DNA of 64,000 nucleotides from Selaginella moellendorffii (taxonomy: Eukaryota; Plantae; Lycopodiophyta), in NCBI RefSeq assembly GCF_000143415.4, contig NW_003314298.1, positions 248,001 to 312,000 on the forward strand. Reading direction: 5' to 3'. Each line of letters starts with the position of its first letter. Within the stretch, counting starts at the first letter, position 1. Below the pieces are notes generated by a model. That model was given only the letters and a program-made list of their open reading frames with translations, did no database searches and was not told the origin of the DNA. Position numbers and translations under genes: made by a program. Shown here one piece after another: positions 11,305 through 23,200 of this stretch.

Positions 11305-14117
11305 ATGGTAAGTCTTTTAGGCCAAGTAGAAAATGGCATGAGGCCACATGCCATTCAGTAGCAACATTGGCATGCACCGATTGGGCTCTCGAGTGCAGTC
11401 CGGTTACAGATGGCGTGTAGCCTCACGCCATCTTAGGATGCAGCCTCAAGATATCTGATGCAGTGGTGAATGGTGTGTGGCCTCACGTTATTTCCAGCTG
11501 TTAGCTTTTCATCTGTCAGCTCTAATTGTTGTGCATTTCTGAACAGGTAAGGAATTGCGTTCTTCTTCCAGCCACTGTCAATGTGGATGCAGAGAAGGGG
11601 GAGGAGCTCACCAGTTGGACTTTCGGGATGGAAGGCGAGGATCTGAGGCTGTACAACACAGATGGTAGGAGAAAAGAATGCATGGGGATCCTCATCCAAG
11701 TGACAGACACTCCATGCAGTTCCATGCAAGAATATGGACTGGCACTTGTGGTAGAGACAGCGTCTGCCTTCAAGATCCACCTTGCACATCCTAACGGCTT
11801 CCCGGAGGGGGGCAGTGGCTATAAGGAATTCCTAGAGGGAGCTAGGGAGAGGTTGTCCAGGAGGCCCACAATTTCAAAGACGCTGCGGGTCTATGAAGAT
11901 CACATGGAATCCACGGACCTCACCTACGGCGATGTTCAAAAACTATATTCCAACATTGAGCCGTTGAGAGTGCCTCCAGTTCGCGAAGCGAAGGGGAAGG
12001 GGGTCGATCTGGAAACTACCCCGAAGCAGAAAAGGGTGGTCAAGCTCAAGCCGACGTCCGACTCTCCTCCAAAAAAGAAGCTACTCGGTGATGCCATTGC
12101 CTCGGGTTCGAACACTACACCCACCAAAAAGAAGAGCCGCAAAGAGCAGAAAGAGCAAGAAGAGGCAGCAAAAATCGTCGCAGATAATAGTACTTGTTAC
12201 TATTCCAACAAAGTATATACAATCGACGTGAGCCATATCGACATCCAAAGCAAATACAACCACAAGCTAGTATCTGATGAGTGGGTGGAGAAACTGAAGC
12301 AGAAGATGCTGGCAAGTCCAGTAACACCCGACATCGCAGACGTGATCCCCTACTACCGAACAATGAAGGGCGAGATGAGGTTTCTAGACTTGATCAATAG
12401 GAAGGTGTTGGACGATCAGAACATCCGGTTCTATGCCGTCTCCGGGCAGCATTCTAGCTTGGCGATGCAAGAGATAGTTGTGGATATTATGGTGGGCGAG
12501 GAGGTGAAGAAAGTCTTTAAAACAAGAGTTGTCCGCCTGATAAAAGGCAACTCGCCCCTCCGATCTATCATATACATCTCCCACACGCAGAATGTCAAGC
12601 AAGAAACGTGCTACAAATCGGGTCTGCACGAGACATTGGCACGAACACGGAAGCTCTGGGTTCAACTGAAGAAGCCACAAAAACCAGGACAAGGACGTGC
12701 ACTAGCAACTAGCGCCTGGCAGGTAAGCCTCGTTGCATGTGGCATAGCATGTGGCCTCATGCCATTTCCATTGCAGGAATTCTCGAGTCTTCTCTCGAAA
12801 ACACTGGGGGTCAATGACACACTCAGCATCCATAACATTCTACTCGCGACAAAAGTTGTTTTTGACAAATGGGTAGATGTGCTGAGGAGGTACCATAACG
12901 GGGAGTTACTAAACTCAATGGGTGTGGAGGACGGCCGGAAGCCCAATGATTTGAAGCTCAACGCCTTGCGTTTCTCGCGGTCTCTAGATGACGATGACCT
13001 TTTGATAGTGGCTAATGCTCTTCTACGTGGTGAGGTAGTCTTCAACAAGACCAAAATGACTCCCGGCCATATTGTGACATACGAGGACTTGTGCACGACT
13101 CTGAGAGCTCGTGCGCTATTGAAGGATTGGATCTTCGAGCAAGTGGCCGTGGAGACAGTGAGCATCGACACCACGCAAGAGATGATGGAAGCGCTAGATT
13201 TGTCAAATGAAGACATCGACGAGTACGTGAAGGGGGCCCCCAAGTTCATCGATCTGCTGCGGGATGCCACGAAAAGTAAAGCTGAGAAGTTGGATCAGTA
13301 TCCAAATTTCATTAAGAGTGATGTCGACCGCCGGCTTCAGAAACAGCTCGACCCCGCAGCAGAAGCCTATCGAGAACCTTACCGGGTATACTTGAATTCG
13401 GATGAGGATCAAAGGTGGAGGAGCATCGTTTCCCGCGGAGATGAGCAGGTCAAGAACATCTTTTGTGTGATGGACTTCACAAACGAGGAGATCACTCATG
13501 CAGACGAAGTTAGCTCCATCATTAACTTAATGGTGGGACTTGCGGAGGTGGAATCTTCAGTCCACTATATGATCTACGACTCCGAATCCTATCACAAGTT
13601 CTGGAAGGCCTTGAACGAGGTGAAGGCTTGGTTGAAAGGCAAGGAGATGCGGGAGATCCATGGGATAATGGCTAAGAAGAAGATACCGACGAATGTCCGC
13701 ATCTTCACACTCGCCCTTGTTATTGGTCCTGCAACAGAGTGGGACTGGAGTGACTTCCCAGCTTCGTTCGACCAGGCCGATCGAATTGATCTGAGGGAGG
13801 TCAATTTACTCGTGCCTGAGGAACTGAAGACGGCTATGGAGCTTTCGAATCCAAAGAAAGCTCCAGGTGCAGCATGGGAAATGCTCAACTGGGTTTTCAA
13901 CGCAATAGCGGGTGGGTCACCTACTTCCGACTCCAAGGGCAAATGCGTTGTCGAGTACAACTGCGGCGGACTATTCTTTCGAGCCGCACTACTCAAGGGT
14001 GTCCTGTGTGTTGCGATGACAAACTCCATTGAGGAGGTGACTTCAATGGAGCATATAATTACAGTTGCCAAAGAAAAACAGTATCTTCTCTGCAAACCTG
14101 GTGAGTACGCACTTTAA
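11305..14117 (+). CDS. ParB/Srx-like domain protein with a C-terminal degenerate beta-class DNA amino-methyltransferase-like region (ParB #1, transposon cargo)
   Basis: 863-aa ORF; ATG at 11305 plus intron 11308-11546 joins in frame; 54-bp in-frame intron at 12723-12776. ParB-like YNHKLVSDEWVEKLK...FYAVSGQHSSLAM. MTase-like NIFCVMDF, NPKKAP and GKCVVEYNCGG..RAALLKG. Confidence 0.7.
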
Positions 14118-14150
14118 GTTTAAATGTTATCTCACAAGCTCTGTATGCAG

Positions 14151-16014
14151 GAGCGTGGCCACCCCCAGATGATGAAACGACGTTAACAGCTACTATTGAA
14201 GATACCCATATTAGGCCGAGCTCACAACCTGCACAAGGTAAGGTCACGTGAGGCCTCACGCCATTTTGATTATAGATCGTTGTGAATATTCAGACACGAG
14301 GACTAAAAAGCGCATTGGTGGCACGTCGAAGAAGGACAAACAGACAAGCAATAGGAAAAAAGGAGGTACAAATTATATTTGCAATGGCGTGTGGTCTCAT
14401 GCCATTCCTTGCAGGAGACACTTCTTCAAAGGCAAAACAGGCAAGCACCAGCCAAGCTCAAACTGACAGTGGTCATTAAAAGCGAAAGCACGTTGGACAG
14501 TCGTCGGGATCAGAGGCGTTTGATTCGAAAAGGAAGAAGGGCAAGGAAAAGATGATAGGTAATGCCTCGCGGTTATGGCGTGTGTGCTCATGCCATTCAT
14601 TGCAGATCAAGGGCTGAGTGAAAGCAGGCAGTCACCACCTCCTGACTCAGATTCCTATGGCAGACTCCCCTTCCCCAATCTCAATGGAGAGGTACAATGG
14701 ATGAGGGATGCTTTTCAAGTCAGGGCCACGTTTTTCTCATCTCGTCGTCTTCAAAGGGTGCAAGAACATGCAGAAACCATGTTAAGACAGTCGGGTGAGG
14801 ATACGGTCCTAGGTCACGCACTAAAACAGGCTATGGATGTCTTGTATTTTGAGATGGAGACTCGGCCAGATGATTTTCCCAAGATGGTCCTGGAAGAACA
14901 AGCCATCCAGCCTGAGCAGCCTATGGAAGAAATGCAGGAGGGGGATGAGGAGCCAGAGAAAGATAATGAGCAAGAAGAGCAGAAGGACGAAGAGGAGGAC
15001 AAAGAAGAGGAGGACGAAGAAGAGGAGGATGAAGAGGACTTGGATGGTCCTCACAATGGTGACGATCACAATAACGACGACGACGATGATGACGACGATG
15101 GCCAGCCTGAGGTGGCCAAAGAGCAGCGGAGGAAGGTCATACAAGACAAACCATCAGGTAAATAATAGTACATCCATTCCTAACCTTTTACCATTTCTAA
15201 CATTGTCCATGTAGGTCGCAGAGCAAATGGTAAGTAGAGATTATTCAGTTGAATTTACAAACTCTAGCCTTTAGTGTCGAGGAAGGATAGTGCCAAGCAA
15301 GGGTCGAAACGTATGTCCAATCCTTCAGAATCAGCAGTGCGCCCAAGTGATATCGGTCCTAGTTCCTCAATAGCAGTTGATGGTAAATATAGTATAGTCG
15401 ATTCAATGTGCTAATGAGTTTGTTTTTAGTAGCACGGGAGGATACCATCTCAATCGAAGGGAGATATTTGGACATGCATATGGATCCGCCAGTGGACTCT
15501 ACTTGCCTGCAAGAGTCATCAGAGCTGGTGAAGGCTACTATCCATATCAACGCCAAGCAAGCTGACCACGCTCCACGTGATGCTGCCCATACCACTGAGT
15601 CAATCTTGTCCACATATCCAACTGACGGTGACCAGGCGCCATTGGACCCGCATGAGGCTACCCCAGCCGCCGAGCCGGTCGTATCCTCATTTCCAACGGA
15701 CTCAACGTGTGCCCAATCGTCTGACTACGCGCCGTTGGAACCTCCCTACACCGCCCCTGCTGCCTGTTCGGTCATGTCCACTTTGCCAACGGAGGCACTA
15801 GCTGAAATGGCGTGTGATCACACGCCATCGGAACCACCCCATGCCACTGTTGAGCCAGTTGTACCAGAGTCTACAGCTGAAATGGCATGTGCCCACACGC
15901 CATCGGATGTGATTGACCCCACATTGCAGAGGAGAGTATTTCCGCCCTTCATGTTTCCTCGACCAAAACCCTCTCAACGACCATCGGGAGCACCATTCGC
16001 TAATATTGTAGATG
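14151..16014 (+). CDS. Downstream low-complexity, acidic exons of the cargo gene (one in-frame TAA at 14477)
   Basis: Phase-1 GT-AG introns at 14101-14150, 14238-14293, 14366-14414 and 14559-14605 keep the frame into ORF 14575-15165 (poly-E/D). Junctions between 15158 and 15429 were not resolved. Confidence 0.5.
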
Positions 16015-16039
16015 GTAAAATTGACTTGTACCATTTTTT

Positions 16040-16915
16040 ATGCTGACGCATTTCATTTCAGAGTCATGGCGAAGGTACTGTATCGTTTTTGATCTGAACG
16101 GTGTCTTTTTCTCCCATGAGCATGGCTCGTCCTCGAATGTCATTGCACCCTCCAAAGCCTGCGGTCGCAAGTTGATCAAAAGAGACAGATTCACATTAAT
16201 CACACGGGAGAAACTGCAGGATCTAATAATGACCATGCGACACTTAAAACAGAGGGCCGGGTTGAATTTGCAATTGGGAGTTTGGACATCCATGATGCGC
16301 CACAATGCATTAACGTTGCTACAGATGATGCACGATCAGACGCGAGTAATATTACCATTTGACTTTCTCCTAACGCAGGAGGATTGCTTGACTATGGTCC
16401 ATGTGAGGGGTAGCAAGCCCATCTTCGTCAAGCTAGAGGCTGTAGTGATGAACCGGACTGCTAGCTCAAGTGAAATCCTCATCATCGATGACTCGCCGAT
16501 TAAAACTGCAGCGAACACGCACACATATGTAGTGCACCCCATCTCTTGCAGTATGGAGAAGAAACCGTATGTTCTGGGGGACCTTGCAAAACGGCTTGGA
16601 GCAATGGTGATAGAGAACCGGCCAGTCCAGGAGGTGGCTGCAGAAATCAACCAAATGGCAGATGGAACGGTATATCAGAAGCCATTTGATCGGACAGACA
16701 CCAGTCATCATTTATGGCATGTATATTGTCTAGCCAAGCACTATCCGCATCTCCATAATCTGCTCAACCAGATGGGTTCTTCGACCACTGAACATGAGCG
16801 TGGACGTATTAGAGAAGAGATGGCATTACTATTGGGTTTAAATCCTGATAGTGTGGAGAGTGATGAAATTCCAAGATTATTGTATAGGCGTTGGAGGCAA
16901 AAAATAACAGTCTGA
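16040..16915 (+). CDS. HAD-superfamily FCP1/NIF-like phosphatase domain (DLNG type); probably the last exon of the cargo gene
   Basis: IVFDLNGVF, GVWTSMM, FDFLLTQEDC, KPIFVKL, ILIIDDSPIK motifs. Intron 16015-16061 joins ORF 15408 in frame. Confidence 0.8.
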   Translation: MLTHFISESWRRYCIVFDLNGVFFSHEHGSSSNVIAPSKACGRKLIKRDRFTLITREKLQDLIMTMRHLKQRAGLNLQLGVWTSMMRHNALTLLQMMHDQTRVILPFDFLLTQEDCLTMVHVRGSKPIFVKLEAVVMNRTASSSEILIIDDSPIKTAANTHTYVVHPISCSMEKKPYVLGDLAKRLGAMVIENRPVQEVAAEINQMADGTVYQKPFDRTDTSHHLWHVYCLAKHYPHLHNLLNQMGSSTTEHERGRIREEMALLLGLNPDSVESDEIPRLLYRRWRQKITV

Positions 16916-17330
16916 GATGGCATGTATTTATTTAAAAATGTAACTTATTATGGCATGGGGTTCCATGCCATTGTATTAATATTAAAAGACAATTCTTTGA
17001 GAGGATTTGCATTATACTAGAAGTGTTATAGCATGTTATTGGAAGTCTACGAAGTTGTTTTATTAATAAGGGGAAAGTAAATATTGAATGGGGACTTGGG
17101 CTCCACCTAGACTCGGAGCAACTGAGCCAATATTAAAAGGATGGAAAGAAAATGGACGACGATGACAAGGAGAAGAGAGAGGTGAAGCAGTGGCAGGGGG
17201 AGGAGAAGTGATTGAGTAGACATTTCCTTATTTAAAATAAAATGGCATGTGCCTCAATGCAATTGAATTTTGTTATATTTATATACTATATAAAGGTTTG
17301 GAAACCTTATTTTACAAGTGGGATAATGAC

Positions 17331-17357
17331 AATTCCCACTTTAACGAAATAGAGCTT
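17331..17357 (-). repeat. Right terminal inverted repeat of the Sola-like element
   Basis: aattcccactttaacgaaatagagctt followed by CATA. Confidence 0.92.
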
Positions 17358-17361
17358 CATA

Positions 17362-18394
17362 CCTTACACCACACAATGAGCATAAAATTGATTGGGTTGT
17401 TGAACCAAGTTGTACCGTCATTTCGAGTGCGTGACTGCTAAATAAGTGTTGCAAGATTGTCTATGACATCGAGCAACTTCGATTTTTGGCAGACTTGAGT
17501 GAGGATGACATCTGCCAACATTATGGTGAAGGTTTTGTTTTTGAACAGCAAACTGCCCAAGCCTACATTTAAACACAACAAAACAAGTTAAAGTGGAGTT
17601 AAAGGTAAACTATAAAACTTACGCATTGATCTTTTGGCAGGCCAAGATAAGTCTGTTGACATCAAAAGGTCCCCTCGCGTAGACATGGCTGACTGGAACA
17701 TTGATATGGTAGACAGGATCATTGCAAAAATGATCGTCGATACACTTCATCCAAGCTCCATATCGGTGGTTACCATCAATAATTTGGAGCATTGTCCCCG
17801 CAAGCTATCGAGTCTCAGGATGTCTAATAAGCATGTTATCAAATTCTAGGGACTTCCTCCTCCAAATAGAATCCTAGCTGTCACAATCTCGGGTGTGACA
17901 ATAATGATCTCCATTGTTCCTGGCTTGCAAAAAGAGACTAAAAACATACCGATATTTGTTGCAAGGCCATTATGTTTGAACAAGCTGTATATATCCAGGT
18001 TGACATACTTGGATGCTATACGGACAAGGTTCGTCTGCTACAAATGGCAAAGTGGGATTTCTCTGATCAAGTCACAAGGGCCTGGCCACTTGAGTGTCTC
18101 AAGTGTTTGGTGAACTGCTTTTTCCCTTGTCCGCATAATAGTCTTTTGGAAGCGCTTGTCCACCACGTTGTCAGAAAAGTCTGCAACTCTTTCAGCTCCA
18201 GGCTGTTCCTTAGGTTCCCTATCATGAACACCACTAGATTGCCCAACTTCAGGGATTTGCGCTGGTGGTGGGCCAGTGAAGAGGTCGAGCTCAAGCTGGC
18301 CACCTCGGGCACTTTGGCTGCCCAGGGGGTTGAGGTTATTCAAATAACCTTGGCCCCTCGAGTGGCCAAACTGCCCGAGGTGGCCGGCCCGCAC
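17362..18394 (-). pseudogene. 5' exons of ParB-like gene #2 (intact GxxRxxA motif)
   Basis: 17751-17783 translates as IIDGNHRYGAW. VDKRFQKTIMRTREKAVHQTLETLKW matches the paralog at 26508-26912. Frameshifts and stops present. Confidence 0.75.
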
Positions 18395-18680
18395 TCCACC
18401 TCGGGCAGTTTGGCCACCCGAGGTCGAGGTTATTTGAATAACCTCAGCCCTTCGGGCAGCAAAACTGCCAGAGGTGGTTGGCCCACACTAGGCCTCGGGC
18501 AATTTGGCCACCCAAGGGGCCGAGGTTATTCAAATAACCTTGGCCTCTCTGCCAGCAAAACTGCCCGAGATGGCCAGCTCGGGCTCAACCTTGGGCAGTT
18601 TAGCCATCCGAGGGACTGAGGTTATTCAAATAACCTCGGCCCCTCAGCTAGCAAAACTGCCCGAGGTGGCTGGCCCTAAA
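18295..18680. repeat. Four ~95-bp units, each with the 20-bp palindrome GAGGTTATT-NN-AATAACCTC
   Basis: Palindromes start at 18332, 18426, 18522 and 18618; flanked by cctcgggcagtttggccacccgagg-type inverted motifs. Confidence 0.9.
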
Positions 18681-20239
18681 GAAGCAATCAAGAAAGAAGC
18701 AAGAAGAAAAAAATGGAAGTGGAAGCAATCAAATCAAAACTCACCCTCGGTAGCATCTTTCCTTCCCGATTTCTTAATCGTGCTAGATTTCTTGTCCGCT
18801 CAATCTCTCCCACTCGCACGCTCAATCTCTCCAGCTCACGCGCTCAATCTCTCCATCTTTTCCGCGCTCAATCACTCGATCTCCTTTGCACTCAATCCCT
18901 CGATCAATCCCTCGATCTCCTTTGCGCTCAATCTCTCGATCTCTCGCACGCTTTTTTTCTCTTTTGTGGGGATGAACAACCGCCGCTCCACTCACGGTGC
19001 GAACAGTAACCTAATCTTGGCAGCTACCCTAACCCTAATCCTGATGGCTGCCCTAACCCTAACCAGTCTCTCATCTTGGCCATTCATTCTGAATAACCTA
19101 AATCTACACTATCACAATATCTTTTGATCTTATTTTATCTTATCATTATTATTATATGTAAATTATGCTTCTTTATTTTGTATATTTTAATGATGATATA
19201 ACTAGCACCTATCAACATTTCTGTTATTAGAGATATGATATTGTATTTTACAAATTATCTAGAAAGGATGCATTCTCATCAATATTTTGTACATATTTTG
19301 GAATTGTTACAAGAACTTTAAAGAGTATAAATAAGGCACGTTAAATATGTTGTACAATATCGATCTATGAATGGATGAATCCTCATCCAGAAATTTATTT
19401 TGTGTTGTATTAGATCCTAAACAATAGGCACGTGCTTTAAATGTCATTGAGCAGTGTTCACAATTATGGATAAAACTTGAGTTGTACTACGAATCAAATC
19501 TGTCAGTGAAAAATAAGATTTGACAAGATTTATTATCAAGATTTATTATCATCTACCACTTAAAATTTGACAAATTGACATATCACACGTACTAACGTCA
19601 AATTGGATCTATTTTTTTGACACGCTATAGTAGAATGTCATTACTGGTATCATTATTAACTATCAAACTTCATGTGCTGAAAATCTTTCCTTGGATCTAT
19701 GTGTATACATGCATCAAACATCATAATAGATAATAATAATATTAATAATGTCACACTTGAACATGTTAAATTATCTATAGAATTTAAATTCATTTTGTAT
19801 GTTGTCTTCTTATTACTCTATTTAAATTTTAATTATGTTTCACTATGGATTTTTACAAGTAGCATAAAGAGAGAGAACTCCAAAACCTATTGAGAAGGAT
19901 GGAGAGGTTTCTTCTTCATTTTCAAGATCACCCACCTCTTTCATTCTCTCAGAGTATTGTTTTTGAAAGTTTTCTATATTGGTGTTTTGATCTTCGTCTT
20001 GGCTCTATTTCTTTAGAGACTGTGATTCGCAATGACACTGGTATAGTTGCATACTCAGAGTTTCTTCTTTCTGGTGTGGGCGAGGGTGGACAACAATGGG
20101 ATTTACAGAATTTCAAGTCGAAGGAGATTCGAGTGTTTGGATCTCCAGTCAAAATGCCAAAATACACTTCAACCAAAGTGAATGTGAAGTAAGAGTCAGT
20201 CATTATCCTCTCGTCCTCTTTTAGTTCAAGTGGAGAAGT

Positions 20240-23200
20240 CATGCTAGTGTTGGCACTGAATTCACTAGCTCCAACTCTAGCTTCAGCTCCAACTTCAGCA
20301 ATATTCAAAGCCGTTAGCAGTGCTTTCCAGTTTTCACGCCTCTCAATCGACGTGCACTTGTTTTTGTATAGGCTTGTTAATGAGCTTCCATCCTCCTACA
20401 ACAGCAACATTTTCTTCGAGCTACCACCTCTTGTCAGTAGTACAAGTTCCAAACGGAAGGGGATGGAAACCAAGTAAGATGTCCACAATTGGTGCAAGAT
20501 CAAAACCACACACTTCGAACATTTTGAAGGCATAGTATCTATAGTTCATTGTGGCGAGCATTTAAATTGTGTGGATGAAGCATGCAATCAAGACTGCTGT
20601 AGAAACTCTATATTTTTTGAAGGGTCCAATCAATCCTCCAGCCTGTGACACCATTGCTGTTGGATTCAAGTGTCGATTCTGCAAAAATGCTCCTCTATAT
20701 TATGCTATCTGCGAGGTTAAGGTGTACTACTTTCTTCCACAAGATGGAATGGCTGGAAGAGCTGTAGTGCATGTTGGCACACACATGCATCTAATGCAGG
20801 AAGGGATACAAAGGAGTTCTCTCAACCGTTTCAAAGATGCTATGCAGAAAGAGACTATGAGAAACTCATCTGCAACTCCGAAGTATATTCAGAAGACTGT
20901 CCTCAAGGATTTTATCACAAACACCTTACTCAATCCAGGTTGCCAAAAGACTCAACTAAACGAGGCTAGCTTGCAGGACTTACTATGAGGAGTACAACCT
21001 GCTACTAGCCTAAGGAGGTACATCCATTATATTTCATACGTTATAATAATAATTTTTTCTTATATTATATTGTTTAGGATAAAATCTTGGATATGTGAAT
21101 CTCGAGAGGGGAAGTTGCAATCAAAATTTGACTCCATCCTTGAATTGAAATGAACTTGTCCATACAAGTTCATCCATGAAAGTTTGTTTCCAGACCAAGT
21201 TGTGAATGAGCAAGAGAGCCCCTTCATCTTCAAAATATCTACCATGGGCCCTGCCTCTAGTGTAGATCTTGTCTCCCGAATGGACATGTTTGGGTCCAAT
21301 AACCTTGCAAATGCATGGGTACATTTTGACCATATAGAGCGCGTATCGGGTTGGACAACCATGGGAGCTCATGTGTATGATCCAAGGTAATTTTTATTTT
21401 TATTATATTGAAATTGTTATAATATTTGTGTTTTCATAGGCTATGCTGTAACTTAACAATTGTGATAGCAGAGTTTAAAGTACAAGATCAGACAGCACAA
21501 GAAATATTTTGGCTCTCCGATATTATCCTAAAGCAGATTGGTAATCCTGCAAACTTTCGTAGTTTCATGGTAGATGGGGCTGGTGCAAACTGGAATGGTG
21601 TCTGAACAGTTTTTGGGAATGGTCAGCCATTGGAAGGTCGTGAGAGGACTTGTGAGTTCCATTGGGCTCAAAGCTTAAACCAGCACTGCCACCTTATCAA
21701 GACAGAGTTTCAATCAATATTTAAGGAGTTGTGCAAACAATGGCAAGTTTCACCTTTTGAAAAAGAGCATGAGGCAAAAGCAAATGAGATTCGAATATGG
21801 TGGCGTGAAGATGGCCATATAGACGTAAATTGCCTACCACAACTTGAGTCATGGTTAGGGTGGTGGGAAGTTAGGATATTCTAGTGGGGACATCACTCTT
21901 TTCATATTGGTTTCTATTTTTTCTTCTCCTTTTATCACCTCTTAATATTGCCTTTTCCATTAGGATCAACCACTTGAGGACCTCGCATACACCCCAACTG
22001 TGAATCTCTCTGAAAGTAAGCACTGGAGTTAGCGTTCCTCTGAGGCAGGGAAAGGGAAGATAAGTCTATACAAAGCCTATCTATCAGATTTGATACGTGC
22101 TATAGAGCAATCTTCAAAAGCACTGGCATTCGAGGAAGGAAGATACATGGGAATAGGGCCTTCTATTAAGATGTTACATGATAGGATGAAGAGAAAATTA
22201 ACACCACCCGCCCGAACAGTGGCAACTGTAGTTGAGGAAGTGTTCCGTGGCACATTTATGGAGTACACTCCCCGAGCTTCTATTGGTGATATGAAGACTG
22301 TCCGCTCAAAGCGTCATTTTTCCTTTGCTAGGGAAGATGTTGGTACGGACCTTGGAGTGAAAAGCTCTCATAGGCCTGATGTCAAGTACCATTCTACTCC
22401 AAGACACCGCTCTCGGACTAAGCCACCTCAAGTGGCTGATGAAGAAAGTGCATTGCAACAGGTTGAAATTGCTTACCATAGTGTGGAGCCGAAGCAATGG
22501 GCAATCCGACACGTGCCAGCAAAATCGAATGTAAGGTGTGTGGGGATGCTTCCGAGGGGCAAGTGTTGGGCTTGGATTCGTGGTGATAAATCTGCTTTTG
22601 TTCCAGCCCCATGTTTCTATAGGGAACGAAAGCAAGTAGGATTTTCGAGATGGTGCTGGCTATATTGTTGCAACACCGACACCAACCATACGAAGAGGCT
22701 TGAAGACACTATAGTGACTAAACCTGATGCAGTACCTCAAGAATGTCCAGTTGCTAATAGGGTCGCACTCACCTCGGCTGAGATTGAAAACCTTGAGAAA
22801 TCTAGTTTCAATCTTGAGAGGAGAGTTGGAGATATGAGTGACAAAACCAGAACTATTCCTATAGAGATGCACAAGAGGCCAGCATGAAAAGGTAAGGCAG
22901 TTAAATTTATTAGTACCGTCTCCAAGCAGAAGTAAGGTAAAATAAATTTAGCTCAAACACTTGAGTGTGAGATTCTCTCTACGAAGTATATCATTACGCT
23001 TGCAAAGGAGTATATAGTCAAAACAAAAGGTGGAGAGTACACAATTGCCATTCATGACTTTCCTTTTTGCACATGTCTAGACTTTATGAAGCGCGAGGAA
23101 CATAGGAAGGTATATGCTCCTTGCAAACATATGTACTACATCTTCATCAACATCTTGCACCAGGATCCTAAAGTGGATATTCATATACACCAAGCAAGCT

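Larger units (their letters stand above)
5257..17263. promoter_or_regulatory. Dispersed array of ~20 22-bp palindromes, consensus ATGGCRTG-N6-CAYGCCAT (candidate protein-binding, parS-like sites)
   Basis: Copies near 5257, 5574, 5662, 5716, 7071, 7128, 8965, 9035, 9133, 9733, 10540, 11333, 11410, 11470, 12744, 14244, 14384, 14575, 15807, 15882, 16950 and 17242. The repeat is seen directly; the function is inferred. Confidence 0.8.
5031..17357 (-). mobile_element. Full-length 12.3-kb Sola1-like cut-and-paste DNA transposon carrying a ParB-like/FCP1-like cargo gene
   Basis: TIR aagctctatttcgttaaagtgggattt (5031-5057) matches the reverse complement at 17331-17357 at 26/27 positions. 4-bp TSD CATA at 5027-5030 and 17358-17361. 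Internal DDD-type transposase. Confidence 0.9.
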
